Position numbers and translations under genes: made by a program
Origin: Mobula hypostoma
Lineage: Eukaryota
Assembly (NCBI RefSeq): GCF_963921235.1
Contig: NC_086097.1
Span: 179,616,001-179,680,000, forward strand
Direction: 5' to 3'
DNA: 64,000 bases
The notes under the pieces: model-generated
Database searches by the model: none
The model's input: the letters and a program-made list of their open reading frames with translations, nothing else
Told to the model about the DNA's origin: nothing
Shown here: positions 40,790-53,690 of the stretch, piece by piece
Numbering within the stretch: position 1 is the stretch's first letter
Layout of the letters: each line of letters opens with the position of its first letter

Positions 40790-43700
40790 TACCATAAAAA
40801 CCATGGAAACCATAGAGACAACAGCACAGAAACAGGCCTTTTGGCCCTTCTTGGCTGTGCCGAACCATTTTCTGCCTAGTCGCATTGACCTGCACACGGA
40901 CCATATCCCTCCATACACCTCCCATCCATGTATCTGTCCAATTTATTCTTAAATGTTAAAAAAGAACCCGCATTTACCACCTCGTCTGGCAGCTCATTCC
41001 ATATTCCCACCACTCTCTGTGTGAAGAAGCCCCACCTAATGTTCCCTTTAAACTTTTCCCCCCTCACCCTTAACCCATGTCCTCTGGTTTTTTTCTCCCC
41101 TTGCTTCAGTGGAAAAAGCCTGCTTGCATTCACTCTATCTATACCCATCATAATTTTATATACCTCTATCAAATCTCCCCTCATTCTTCTACACTCCAGG
41201 GAATAAAGTCCTAACCTATTCAATCTTTCACTGTAACTGAGTTTCTCAAGTCCCAGCAACATCCTTGTAAACCTTCTCTGCACTCTTTCAACCTTATTTA
41301 TATCCTTCCTGTAATTTGGTGACCAAAACTGAACACAATACTCCAGATTCGGCCTCACCAATGCCTTATACAACCTCATCATAACATTCCAGCTCTTATA
41401 CTCAATACTTCGATTAATAAAGGCCAATGTACCAAAAGCTCTCTTTACGACCCTATCTACCTGTGACGCCACTTTTAGGGAATTTTGTATCTGTATTCCC
41501 AGATCCCTTTGTTCCACTGCACTCCTCAGTGCCTTACCATTAACCTTGTATGTTCTACCTTGGTTTGTCCTTCCAACGTGCAATACCTCACACTTGTCTG
41601 TATTAAACTCCATCTGCCATTTTTCAGCCCATTTTTCCAGTTGGTCCAAGTCCCTCTGCAGACTCTGAAAACCTTCCTCACTGTCTACTACACCTCCAAT
41701 CTTTGTATCATCAGCAAATTTGCTGATCCAATTTACCACATTATCATCCAGATCATTGATATAGATGACAAATAACAATGGACCCAGCACTGATCCCTGT
41801 GGCACACCACTAGTCACATGCCTCCACTCGGAGAAGCAATTCTCTACTACCACTCTCTGGCTTCTTCCATCGAGCCAATGTCTAATCCAATTTATCACCT
41901 CTCCATGTATACCTAGCAACTGAATTTTCCTAACTAACCTCCCATGTGGGACCTTGTCAAAGGCCTTACTGAAGTCCATGTAGACAATATCCACTGCCTT
42001 CCCTTCATCCACTTTCCTGGTAACCTCCTCGAAAAACTCCAATAGATTGGTCAAACATGACCTACCACGCACAAAGCCATGTTGACTCTCCCTAATAAGT
42101 CCCTGTCTATCCAAATGCTTGTAGATTCTGTCTCTTAGTACTCCCTCCAATAACTTACCTACCACCGACGTTAAACTTACTGGCCTATAATTTCCCGGAT
42201 TACTTTTCGATCCTTTTTTAAACAACGGAACAACATGAGCCACTCTCCAATGCTCCGGCACCTCACCTGTAGACAGCGACATTTTAAATATTTCTGCCAG
42301 GGCCCTTGCAATTTCAACACTAGTCTCCTTCAAGGTCCGAGGGAACACCCTGTCAGGTCCTGGGGATTTATCCACTTTAATTTTCCTCAAGACAGCAAGG
42401 ACCTCCTCCTTTTCGATCTGTACAGTTTGCATGATCTCACTACTTGTTTCCCTTAATTCCATAGACTTCATGCCAGTTTCCTTAGTAAATACAGATGCAA
42501 GAAACCTATTTAAGATCTCCCCCATTTCCTTTGGTTCCGCACATAGCCGACCACTCTGATCTTCAAGAGCAGGGGTCCCCAACCTTTTTTGCACTGCGGA
42601 CCGGTTTACTATTGACAATATTCTTGCAGACCGGCTGACCGGGGGGGTGGTAGGGTTGCCAACGAACAAGAGTAGTAGTCAAATGCATTGTTTACCCAAA
42701 AGACTACAAAGACTATGAAGCTTGCGCGGGCACAAATGCGCATGTGCGTTGTGACCTGCCGATTCTTCCTCCCCCCCCCCCCCGCCGAAGCAAATCCTTT
42801 TTGGCAATTCTGTTCGTGGGGGTGGGTGTTAATCACTACTGGAATATAGGTGATAAGTGGGTAATACACTCAACTTTGTTTCTAAAAGGGTTTATCTAAC
42901 GAATTTAATATTAAACACACAGCGCATATTTTTCTCGCATGGATACAATGATAAGTCAATTATCAGGGGAGCTTGAAGTGTTGAACGAACTTCCAGTAGA
43001 AGTGGCAGAAGCAAGTTCGATATGATCATTTAAAGAAAAATTGGATCGGTATATGGACAGGAAAGGAATGGAGGGTTATGGGCTGATCGGGGGGACTAGG
43101 TGAGAGTAGCGTTCAGCATGGACTAGAACGGCCGAGATGGCCTGTTTCCGTGCTGTAATTGTTATATGGTTATATAGGTCACTTATAAGTCAATAGCATC
43201 ATTACATTTTAAGTAATATTTGGATATTAAACGCACAGCACATATTTTCCCCACATGAATATATAAAATCATTGCAACACACCAATATCGCTGAATCAGT
43301 GGGAGCCCTGGGCTTGTTTCCCTGCAACAACACCATCTTATCGAGGGGTGATGGGAGATATCGATACTTGAATGGGGTTCCTGATTTCCAGTCTATTCCG
43401 CAGTTTAGTTTTCGTTGCATTCATTGCAGAAAACTCCGCTTCGCAGAAAAATGTTGGAAATGGAAGCAACGTTTTCAGTGCTTTCGTGGCTATCTCAGGA
43501 TATTTAGCCTTGACTTTGATCCAAAATGCCGACAGAGATGTTATGTCAAACATACTTTTCAGCCCGTTGTCATTTGCAAGCTCGAGGAGTTGATCGCCTT
43601 CCCGCCCTGACACGGATGATGCGCGGGTCATGACCTCGCATGCGTAATGGCTGATCAGTGGCCGTGACAGGGAATGAGGAAAGGTGCAGCTGACCAAATC

Positions 43701-45187
43701 ATATCGCTTCCTCACGGCCCGGTAGCATATGCTCTGCGCCCGGTACTGGTCCGCGGCCCTGTGGTTGGGGACCGCTGTTCAAGAAGACCAATTTTATCCC
43801 TTACAATCCTTTTGCTCTTAATATACCTGTAAAAGCTCTTCAGATTATCCTTCACTTTGACTGCCAAGGCAACCTCATGTCTTCTTTTAGCCCTCCTGAT
43901 TTCTTTCTTAAGTATTTTCTTGCACTTCTTATACTTCTCAAGCATCTTATTTACTCCCTGCTTCCTATACATGTCATACAACTCCCTCTTCTTCTTTATC
44001 AGAGTTGCAATATCCCTTGAGAACCAAGGTTCCTTATTCCAATTCACTTTGCCTTTAATCCTGACAGGAACATACAAATTCTGCACACTCAAAATTTCTC
44101 CTTTGAAGGCTTCCCACCTACCGATCACATCTTTGCCAGAGAACAACCTGTCCCAATCCACACTTTTTAGATCCTTTCTCTTTTCTTCAAATTTGGCCTT
44201 CTTCCAGTTAAGAACCTCAACCCTAGGACCAGTTCTATCCTTGTCCATGATCAAGTTGAAACTAATGGTGTTATGATCACTGGAACCAAAGTGCTCCCCT
44301 ACACGGACTTCCGTCACTTGTCCTAACTCGTTTCCTAACAGGAGATCCAATATTGCATCCCCTCTAGTTAGTCCCTCTATATATTGATTTAGAAAACTTT
44401 CCTGAACACATTTTACAAACTCTAAACCATCTAGACCCCTAATAGTATGGGAGTCCCAATCAATATACGGAAAATTAAAATCCCCAACTTTATGTTTCCT
44501 GCAGTTGCCTGCTATCTCTCTGCAGATTTGCTCTTCCAATTCTTGTTGACTATTGGGTGGTCTATAATACAATCCCACTAATGTGGCCATACCTTTCCTG
44601 TTTCTCAGCTCCACCCATAAGGACTCAGTAGACAAGCCCTCTAATCTGTCCTGCCTGAGCACTGCTGTAATATTTTCCCTAACAAGCAATGCTACTCCCC
44701 CACTTTTCATTCCTCTGCCTCGATCACATCTGAAACATCGGAACCCTGGAATATTAAGCTGACAGTCCTGCAACTCCTGTAGCCAAGTTTCACTAATTGC
44801 TGTAACGTCATAATTCCACGTGTCAATCCACGCCCTCAACTCATCCGCCTTCCCCACAATACTCCTAGCATTGAAATATATACACCTCAGAAGATTTTTA
44901 CCACCACTCACAACCTTTCTATTCGCGGATTTGCTTGAACTTTTAACATCATTTATTTTCACCTCAGCCACACTGTCAGCTCTGGCACTCTGGTTCCCAT
45001 CCCCCTGCAAATCTAGTTTAAAGCCTCCCCAATAGCACTAACAAACCTCCCTGAAAGGATATTGGTCCCCCTGTAGTTCAAGTGTAACCCATCTCTCTTG
45101 TACAGGTCCCACCTGCCCCAGAAGAGGTCCCAGTTATCCTGAAATCTGAAACCCTGCCCCCTACACCAGTTCCTCAGCCACTTGTTC
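40790..45187 (-). mobile_element. Long CR1 LINE: ORF1 C-terminal SGNH-esterase-like end plus near-intact ORF2 (APE + RT), split by a hAT insertion
   Basis: ORF1 LYKRDGLHLN; ORF2 YFNARSI, AISETWL, GLYYRPP, GDFN, SDH, KFADDTK. The two ORF2 halves rejoin across 42570-43777. Confidence 0.95.
42570..43777 (-). mobile_element. Non-autonomous hAT (Charlie/Buster-like) DNA transposon, copy 2
   Basis: TIRs CAGGGGTCCCCAACC ... GGTTGGGGACCGCTG; 8-bp TSD TTCAAGAG/TTCAAGAA (42562-42569 / 43778-43785); dimerisation-domain remnant FWIKVKAKYPEIATKALKTLLPFPTFFCEAEFS...KTKLRNRL. Confidence 0.93.
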
Positions 45188-45889
45188 ATTCTCCTATTCT
45201 TACCCTCACCCTCCTTTGTAGGGTCTTCTGGTCCAATACTCAACTGCACCCATACCAGATGGAGATGCAACTTGACAGGACACTCTCAATGGTCCTCCTG
45301 GAAAACAAAGTTAAGATGGAGGTGGATGGGTAAATCTCACAATTTACCCCATATATACACCTCAATTTTATATGTCCCTTCTTAAATGTTCTTCTCCAGG
45401 GGAAAAAAAAGAAGCCTCTCCAGTGTCTCCTCCCAACTGAAACACTCCATAACAGCTTGCTATAGATAGATTAGATAGACATACTTTATTGATCCCAAGA
45501 GAAATTGGGTTTCGTTACAGTTGCACCAACCAAGAATAGAGTATAAATATAGCAATATAAAACTATAAATAATTAAATAATAATATGCAAATTATGCTAG
45601 TGGATCTCCTTCGCACCTTCTCCAGCTCAAGCACATCTTTCTTATAATGGGGTAACCAAAACCGCATATGGTATTCCAGCTGAGGTCTGACCAACGTTTT
45701 ATGAAGTTGAAGCACAACTTCCTTTCTTTGAAGCCCAGATGACAATTTGAACTGAATCATCAGAATGCCTGCCACAGGTCAGTAGGTATCACTTGCACAT
45801 GCCAGCCTGACGACTGCAGGTTAAAAATCCTTCAGATATTCAAGAAAAATCTAGGCTAACACAGCAGTTCTGCATTTAAAATGTCTCCT

Positions 45890-46225
45890 TTTAGGTAGTC
45901 ACGAGGGCTGAGAATGACTTGCTTCCAAAATCGTTTTATGGGTTCTGAGGCAGCTCCAGTGTGGGAACTCTCCTGCAGATAGGGAAGGTATCCAATGGAG
46001 CTGGTAAGGGGGCTGACTCCTGTGCCATTAATGAAAGTTCTGTGGGTACACAAATCACATGGACTCAGCTGTCAATACCATCATGAATGATCCTTCTGCT
46101 CCTTGAACACACATGGTCAATGAATTCCCAGTGGTCATGAAGATGCTGTATTTCTTTAAAGAGGCTGAGAACCTACCCTTAAATCCTTTCCTCTATCCAC
46201 TTGGTACTCTTCACTTTCAACACTC
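45890..46225 (-). mobile_element. Old RTE-like LINE 3' fragment
   Basis: Degenerate similarity to the RTE C-terminus (G..RK.FK..L..SLKK..I); weak. Confidence 0.4.
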
Positions 46226-46849
46226 TCGGATTTTCATGGTGCTAAACAGTTTTGAAAGGCTATTGGATATCATTTTATTGATACATCAGCAGACTTTTAA
46301 TTTGTTTTGTTATGACAATAAGTTGTCCAATGAACCCATTAAGCTTAATAGGAGCGCAGGAACTAGGCCTCAACAAGTGAGAAGAAAGCTGGTGAATTAG
46401 CACTGTGAATGAGATGCCTAACCATTGGGATCTTCAAATAGATGGACAGCAGATAATTGGTGTGTTACTAAGCTTCACAGAGTCATGGCAATGATCATAG
46501 TCATCATTGCATCCCCAGGTCATCACAGTTAAGGGTCCTTACTGGTGTTACTGCAGCTCTTCCAACAATAATGGCAACCTGAAACATGACCCATTAGTCA
46601 GTTAACACAGAACCATTAAGTTATACCTTACAACTGATAGGTAATCATCAACAAAAGAAAGCCTTTAAATGTATGCGACTATCCTTTAAATAACACTACA
46701 CAGATCCTAAACTGCAGCCAGAGGGTCAACAATGCTCCATTCAGTTTAAATTGATTGCAAAAGGCTTGCCTCCAAAAGCCCCACAATGTACAGATAGATA
46801 CCTTGGGCAAAGCAGTCTCCTAAATCAATACTCTACCCAATGAACTAAC

Positions 46850-47042
46850 AATAAACACAAGAGATTCTGTAGATGCTAGGAATCTAGAGTAACACACACA
46901 AAATGCTGGAAGAACTCAGCAGGTCAGGCTGCATCTATGGAGGGATGTTCTGGTGAAGGGTCTCTGCCCGAAACATCAACTATTTCTTTCCATAGGTGCT
47001 GCTTCACCTGCTGAGATCTTCTAGCATTTTGTGTGTGTTATA
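46850..47042. mobile_element. Short fold-back PLE-terminal-repeat insertion with a degenerate hammerhead in the loop
   Basis: 12-bp TSD CAATGAACTAAC at 46838-46849 / 47043-47054; inverted arms ~46890-46945 and ~46988-47040. Confidence 0.8.
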
Positions 47043-47990
47043 CAATGAACTAACTGTGGTGAAACAATCCACTGTAGCAGAAACGAACTACATTTACTTC
47101 AATAGTGGCTCCCCGCCCTATGATTTCCATCACTTAAAGGAGAGGGAGCTCCTTTAAAACCTACTTAACACTCACAGATCATCTACTGACATTCCTCTAT
47201 TCAGTAGGTTAATGCCCTGGACATCACATTCTAGGACTGCCTAAAAGACAGCTGCTCAAGACTCAGCAGACACAATGGACAATTAACAATACTGCTGCAA
47301 GCCGAGAACATTAAAGAAATCCAAATACAAAAGGGAATGGTACAACAGTAACTGCAGTAACATACCAAGAACTGAAGCTGGGAGACAAAAGAATATTTCA
47401 ATTACCAGCATATGCTGATCAATCGTGTCAGGATTTCCTTTCTGCTGATGTTAGCTGTAGGAACATTAGCAAGCAGTACCATAAATGGCACTGCTAGGGT
47501 TGACAAGATTCAGCAAAAACTTATAAAAGCACAGTCAATATAGATTTGTTTTTATTTAGTTCAGACCTTAACCATTTAAATATCAAAGTGTATCACATTC
47601 AGATTCAGGCATGTAACTGCCAAGCAGTCCAACCTGTCCCAAGCAGTCGGTTACTCTGTAGAGAAAAGCCAGGAAGCTGCATTTTTAAAAATAAATTTAT
47701 TGTTTTAATGAATATTATTAATTTACATTAGTTTAATTGGTTTTAAAAGTCAAATATTTCAAGACAGTTGAGGTGTTTGGCCACTGCAGGCGTTGCAAGG
47801 CTTCCAGGGCAGTCAAGGTGTTTGGTCACTTCATCATCATTTCAGTAGTGAGGCTTGGAAAATACTACAATCTGAAAAGTACTTATGAGGTTGCAGGGAA
47901 GAATCAGGAACAAGCTGGATCGTCCCCATATGATTCATACTCACAATTTACATTTATAATATGCTTAAAAAGCACTTTATTCCATATGTA

Positions 47991-50017
47991 AACAACAGGA
48001 ATTCTGCAGATGCTGGAAATTCAAGCAACATACATCAGAGTTGCTGGTGAACGCAGCAGGCCAAGCAGCATCTATAGGAAGAGGCGCAGTCGACGTTTCA
48101 GGCCGAGACCCTTCGTCAGGACTAACTGAAGGAAGAGTGAGTAAGGGATTTGAAAGCTGGAGGGGGAGGGGGAGATGCAAAATGATAGGAGAAGACAGGA
48201 GGGGGAGGGATAGAGCCAAGAGCTGGACAGGTGATAGGCAAAAGGAGATACGAGAGGATCATGGGATAGGAGGTCCGGGAAGAAAGACGGGGGGGGGTGA
48301 CCCAGAGGATGGGCAAGAGGTATATTCAGAGGGACAGAGGGAGAAAAAGGAGAGTGAGAGAAAGAATGTGTGCATACATGCCATCAGGTTGGAGGCTACC
48401 CAGACGGAATATAAGGTGTTGTTCCTCCAACCTGAGTGTGGCTTCATCTTTACAGTAGAGGAGGCCGTGGATAGACATGTCAGAATGGGAATGGGATGTG
48501 GAATTAAAATGTGTGGCCACTGGGAGATCCTGCTTTCTCTGGCGGACAGAGCGTAGATGTTCAGCAAAGCGGTCTCCCAGTCTGCGTCGGGTCTCACCAA
48601 TATATAAAAGGCCACATCGGGAGCACCGGATGCAGTATATCACCCCAGTCGACTCACAGGTGAAGTGATGCCTCACCTGGAAGGACTGTTTGGGGCCCTG
48701 AATGGTGGTAAGGGAGGAAGTGTAAGGGCATGTGTAGCACTTGTTCCGCTTACACGGATAAGTGCCAGGAGGGAGATCAGTGGAGAGGGATGGGGGGGAC
48801 AAATGGACAAGGGAGTTGTGTAGGGAGCGATCCCTGCGGAATGCAGAGAGAGCGGGGGAGGGAAAGATGTGCTTAGTGGTGGGATCCCGTTGGAGGTGGC
48901 GGAAGTTACGGTGAATAATATGTTGGACCCGGAGGCTGGTGGGGTGGTAGGTGAGGACCAGGGGAACCCTATTCCTAGTGGGGTGGTGGGAGGATGGAGT
49001 GAGAGCAGATGTACGTGAAATGGGGGAGATGCGTTTAAGAGCAGAGTTGATAGTGGAGGAAGGGAAGCCCCTTTCTTTAAAAAATGAAGACATCTCCCTC
49101 GTCCTAGAATGAAAAGCCTCATCCTGAGAGCAGATGCAGCGGAGACGGAGGAATTGCGAGAAGGGGATGGCGTTTTTGCAAGAGACAGGGTGAGAAGAGG
49201 AATAGTCCAGATAGCTGTGAGAGTCAGTAGGCTTATAGTAGACATCAGTGGATAAGCTGTCTCCAGAGACAGAAAGATCTAGAAAGGGGAGGGAGGTGTC
49301 GGAAATGGACCAGGTAAACTTGAGGGCAGGGTGAAAGTTGGAGGCAAAGTTAATAAAGTCAACGAGTTCTGCATGCGTGCAGGAAGCAGCGCCAATGCAG
49401 TTGTCGATGTAGCGAAGGAAAAGTGGGGGACAGATACCAGAATAGGCACGGAACATAGATTGTTCCACAAACCCAACAAAAAGGCAGGCATAGCTAGGAC
49501 CCATACGGGTGCCCATAGCTACACCTTTAGTTTGGAGGAAATGGGAGGAGCAAAAGGAGAAATTATTAAGAGTAAGGACTAATTCCGCTAGACGGAGCAG
49601 AGTGGTGGTAGAGGGGAACTGATTAGGTCTGGAATCCAAAAAGAAGCGTAGAGCTTTGAGACCTTCCTGATGGGGGATGGAAGTATATAAGGACTGGACA
49701 TCCATGGTGAAAATAAAGCGGTGTGGGCCAGGGAACTTAAAATCATCGAAAAGTTTAAGAGCGTGAGAAGTGTCACGAACATAGGTCGGAAGGGATTGAA
49801 CAAGGGGTGATAAAACAGTGTCGAGGTATGCAGAAACGAGTTCGGTGGGGCAGGAGCAAGCTGAGACAATAGGTCGGCCAGGACAGGCAGGTTTGTGGAT
49901 CTTGGGTAGGAGGTATCACCGACTTTATCCGCTCAGGGGATCTCCCATCCACTGCTACCAACCTTATAGTTCCCACACCCCGCACTTCCCGTTTCTACCT
50001 CCTACCCAAGATCCACA
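47991..50017 (-). mobile_element. Penelope-like element (Neptune-type) copy 2, with a 5' inversion
   Basis: ORF 48326..49705: MDVQSLYTSIPH, QTKGVAMGT, RYIDN, GIY-YIG. The segment 49916-50017 is inverted (ITDFIRSGDL...FYLLPKIH). Confidence 0.95.
48087..48124 (-). ncRNA. Minimal type I hammerhead ribozyme motif (PLE copy 2)
   Basis: Reverse complement TAGTCCTGACGAAGGGTCTCGGCCTGAAACGTCGACTG. Confidence 0.85.
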
Positions 50018-50849
50018 TGCATGTATTGTACAGAGACATACAAATTCAAAGAATTCATCCGCAGTCAGGCTGGAAACAAGAATCTGAGTCCTTCAGGTAC
50101 TGCTCTGCTTTCCAAATCAATCTTCACTTCCCACTAAGGTGAAACAAAAGAATCTATGGCCAATACTTATACTCAAATAACAATGAACAACATATTTTGG
50201 TAATGATAACACTGCTATTTGTGACAATGTTTGTGCAAATTGGCAGCTATATGCCCTACAGTAGTAACTACAATTCAGAAGCAATTCATTAGTAAGCACA
50301 GAGATGATAAACGGCTCTGGAGAAAGTCTGGATGTTACATAACAATCACTGTGAGAAGTCATCTGTAAACTAACTGACTGTCCGTGTTTGAGGCAAACAG
50401 TTTATACACCAAACAGCCAACCTTATCCAGTATTCTGACTGGACGTAGATTATCATCACCCCAAATACATATTGTACATCTCTATGTAATTCATCTGCCT
50501 CCTCAGTGTAACCATACTGCCCTTCTGTACTCTGCTCTTGCTGCAGTGCATCCTTCACTTGACATACTCTCAACTATTCAATCAGCAAGAGAATGAAAGC
50601 TGCTACAAGGCTTTATTCATCTGTATTAAAAATAATAAAGGTCCCCATCAGCTAGCTAGCTCACATTGGAAGGCTTAGTATTCCAGAATTAACCCTTCAC
50701 CTTTCAGCTACATATTTGGTTGGCAGGCTAAGAACAAGAGTGATAGGTCAGAGGATGGAGCAGTTGGTGTAAAAAGGTAGATGCAGGGTATAGAGCGACT
50801 ATGAAGAAGGACAAGAATAGGGCATAATTGCAGTCAACTGGAAAGGTTG

Positions 50850-51960
50850 AAATGTGTCTGTTTTAACGTAAATATCAGGAACAAGAGTGATGAACTTGGA
50901 GACATGGCTGTCACAAGAGCAGGGATGGCTGCAGGATGTTCCAAAAGGGACAACGAGGAATGTAAAAGAGGTGGTTGAGTGGCTTTGCTAATCAGGGTCA
51001 AGTTGTAAAATTAGTCAGCTCCATCATGGATACTAGCCTCGTAGTATCCAGACATCTTAAAAGAACGGTGCTTCCACCACCCATGACATGCCCTCTTCTC
51101 ATTGTTACTGTCAGGAAGGAGGTACAGGAGGCTGAAGGCACACACTCAGAGATACAGAAACAGCTTCTTCCCCTCTGCCATTCGATTTGTAAATGAACAT
51201 TGAACAAAGAACATCAGCTCACTATTTTAAAATTTCTGTTTTGCACTACTATTTTAACTATTTACTATAAATATATATATTTCTTGTAATTCACTTTCTT
51301 TTTCTCTACTTATCATGTATTGCACTGTACTGCTGCCGCTATGTTAACAAATTTCACAACATATGCTGGTGATATTAAACCTGATTTTGATCACAGCTGC
51401 AGAAAGGTAAGATGCTGTGGAGGGATTGCCTACAGAATCAGTGTGGGTGGAGATCAGAAACAGGAAAGAAGCAATCACTCTATTACAAGTATTCCAGTCT
51501 ACCATAGCAACAGAAACACTGGGAAGATCAAGAGGCAGATTTTGGAAAGATGCAAAAATAACAGGGTTTTTATCCTGGCTGACTCATTCTCTAATATTGA
51601 TCGGCACTTACGTAGTGCAAATGGATTAGATGGGGCAGAACTTGTTAGGTACATCCAGGGTGGATCCCTGACACAATATGTAGACAGGCTGACTAGAGGA
51701 GAGGTCAATGAACCTGGTTAAGTGACAGATCTCTCAGTGGATGAACATTTTGAAGACAGTGACAGGCTTTACTATAGCCTTGGACAGAGAAAGGAGCAGA
51801 CAGAATGGAAAACTATTTAACTGGGGGAGGGTAAACTATGATGCAATTAGGCAGGAACTTGGGAGCATAAATTGGGAACATATGTACTCAGGGAAATGCA
51901 CAATGGAAATTTGGAGATTGGTTAGGGAGCTTTTGTATGGGGTTCATAGGTTTGTTCTAT
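50850..51960 (+). mobile_element. Old CR1 endonuclease-region fragments with a nested Rex1-like 3' piece (~50975-51390)
   Basis: ESVWVEIRNRK and QILERCKNNRV similarity to 23630-24290. Confidence 0.65.
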
Positions 51961-51964
51961 ATAT

Positions 51965-52375
51965 AAACACCTTATATTCCGTCTAGGTAGCCCCCAACCT
52001 AATAAATAACATTGATTTCTCAAACTTCTGGTAATGCCCCACCCCCACTATCCCCTATTATTTTTCCCCTCTCTCACCACATCTCCTTACCAGCCCATCA
52101 CCTCCATCTGGTGCTCCTTCCCTTTTTCTTTCTTCCATGGCCTTCTGTCCTCTCGTATCAGATTCCCCCTTATCAGCTCTGTCTGTTTCACCAATCAACC
52201 CCAGATCCTTCCTTCCCCTCACCTGTGTTTCTTCCTTCCCTCCCTCCTCTTCTTACTCTGAGTCCTCATCTTTTTCTCTCTAGTCCCAGTGAAGGGTCTT
52301 GGCCCGAAATATCAACTATACTCTTTTCCATAGATGCTGCCTGGCCCGCTGAGTTTCTCCATCATTTTGTGTGCC
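51965..52375 (+). mobile_element. Old PLE 3' fragment with a degenerate hammerhead
   Basis: HLIFRLGS..., pyrimidine-rich UTR, AGGGTCTTGGCCCGAAAT, tail CATAGATGCTGCCTGG. Confidence 0.75.
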
Positions 52376-53690
52376 CACAATCAAATCCCTGGTCTTCCTG
52401 ACTTTGAGTGCAAAGTTGATACCGCAACACCACTCAACCAGCTGATCTAACTCACTTCTGTACGCCTCGTCATCATCATCTGAAACAATGGTTTGCCATC
52501 GGCAAATTTATACATGGAGTTTGAGCTGTGCCTAGCCACACAATCGTGGCTGTAGAGAGTAGAGCAGCAGGCTAAGCACGCACCCTTAAATGCAGCAGTG
52601 TTGATTGTCAGTGAGGAAGAGATGTTATTTCTGATCTGCACAGACTGTAGTCTCTCGGTAAGAATCCACTTGCAGTGAGAATTACAGAGCACCGTGTTTT
52701 GGGACTTGTTGATTAGAATGGAGGGTATGATTGCATTTACATGGATGTGTAGTCAATAACCAGCAGCCTGACTTGGGTATTGTCCAGGTGACCCAAGGCC
52801 GAGTGGTGCGCCAATGAGATTGCATCCACTGTAGACCAATTTCAGTGGGTTCAAGCCCTCGCTTAGGTAGGAGTTGATTTAGCTATGACCAAATTCTCAA
52901 AGCACTTCATCTGGGCGATAGTTGTTGAGGCAGGTCACCCTGCAATTCTGGTATGATTGTCACCCCCACTGAAGCAGGTGGGAACCTCTGACTGCAGCAG
53001 TGAGAGATTAAAAATGTCCTTGAACACTCCCACCAGCTGGTTGGGCCAGTTTTTCGGAGTTTCATCAGGTACACCATTAGAGCCTGATGCCATGCAAGGG
53101 TTCACTCTCTTGAAGGATGCTCTGGCGTCGGTCCCCGACACAGAGACCACAGAGCCACCAAAGGCTGCAGGGATTCACACTGGTTAGTTTTATTCTCCCT
53201 TTCAAAGCATGCATAAAAGGCATTGAGCTCATCTGGGAGTGAAGCATCACAGTCATTCATGAAGTTAGGTTTCACTTAGTAGGAAGTAATGACCTGCAAA
53301 CTTTGTCAAAGCTGATGTGCATCCGATTCTGTCTCCAACCTCAACTGGAATTGTTTTCTTGCCCTTAAAATAGCCTTCCATAAGTCGTACCTGGACTTCT
53401 TGTATATTTCTGGATAACCAGTCTTGAATGCCACAGATCTAGCCTTTAGCAGACTATGAGTCGCCTGGTTCATCCATGGTTTTTGGTTTTAGTATGTCCG
53501 GTACATTCTCGAAGGTACACACTCATCCACACAGATCAGTGACAATTGTGACATATTCATTCAGACTCAAAGAAGAATCCCTGAATATCTTCCAGTCCAT
53601 CAACTCAGAGTAGTCCTGTAAGCACTCTTTCGTATCACTTGACCATACCTTCTTGGTCCTCACTACTGATGCTGCAGTCTTTAATCTCTG
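52375..53690 (-). mobile_element. Rex1/Babar-like LINE fragment
   Basis: VFKDIFNLSLLQSEVPTCF, HDCVARHSSNSMYKFAD. Confidence 0.75.

Noticed and set aside
40876..42669. 597-aa ORF with an unusual N-terminus
   Set aside because: The N-terminus is read-through from the hAT terminal sequence into CR1 ORF2.
43338..43715. Domesticated ZBED/FAM200-like gene exon
   Set aside because: It lies inside a TIR/TSD-bounded repeat present twice, and the other copy has a stop and indels.
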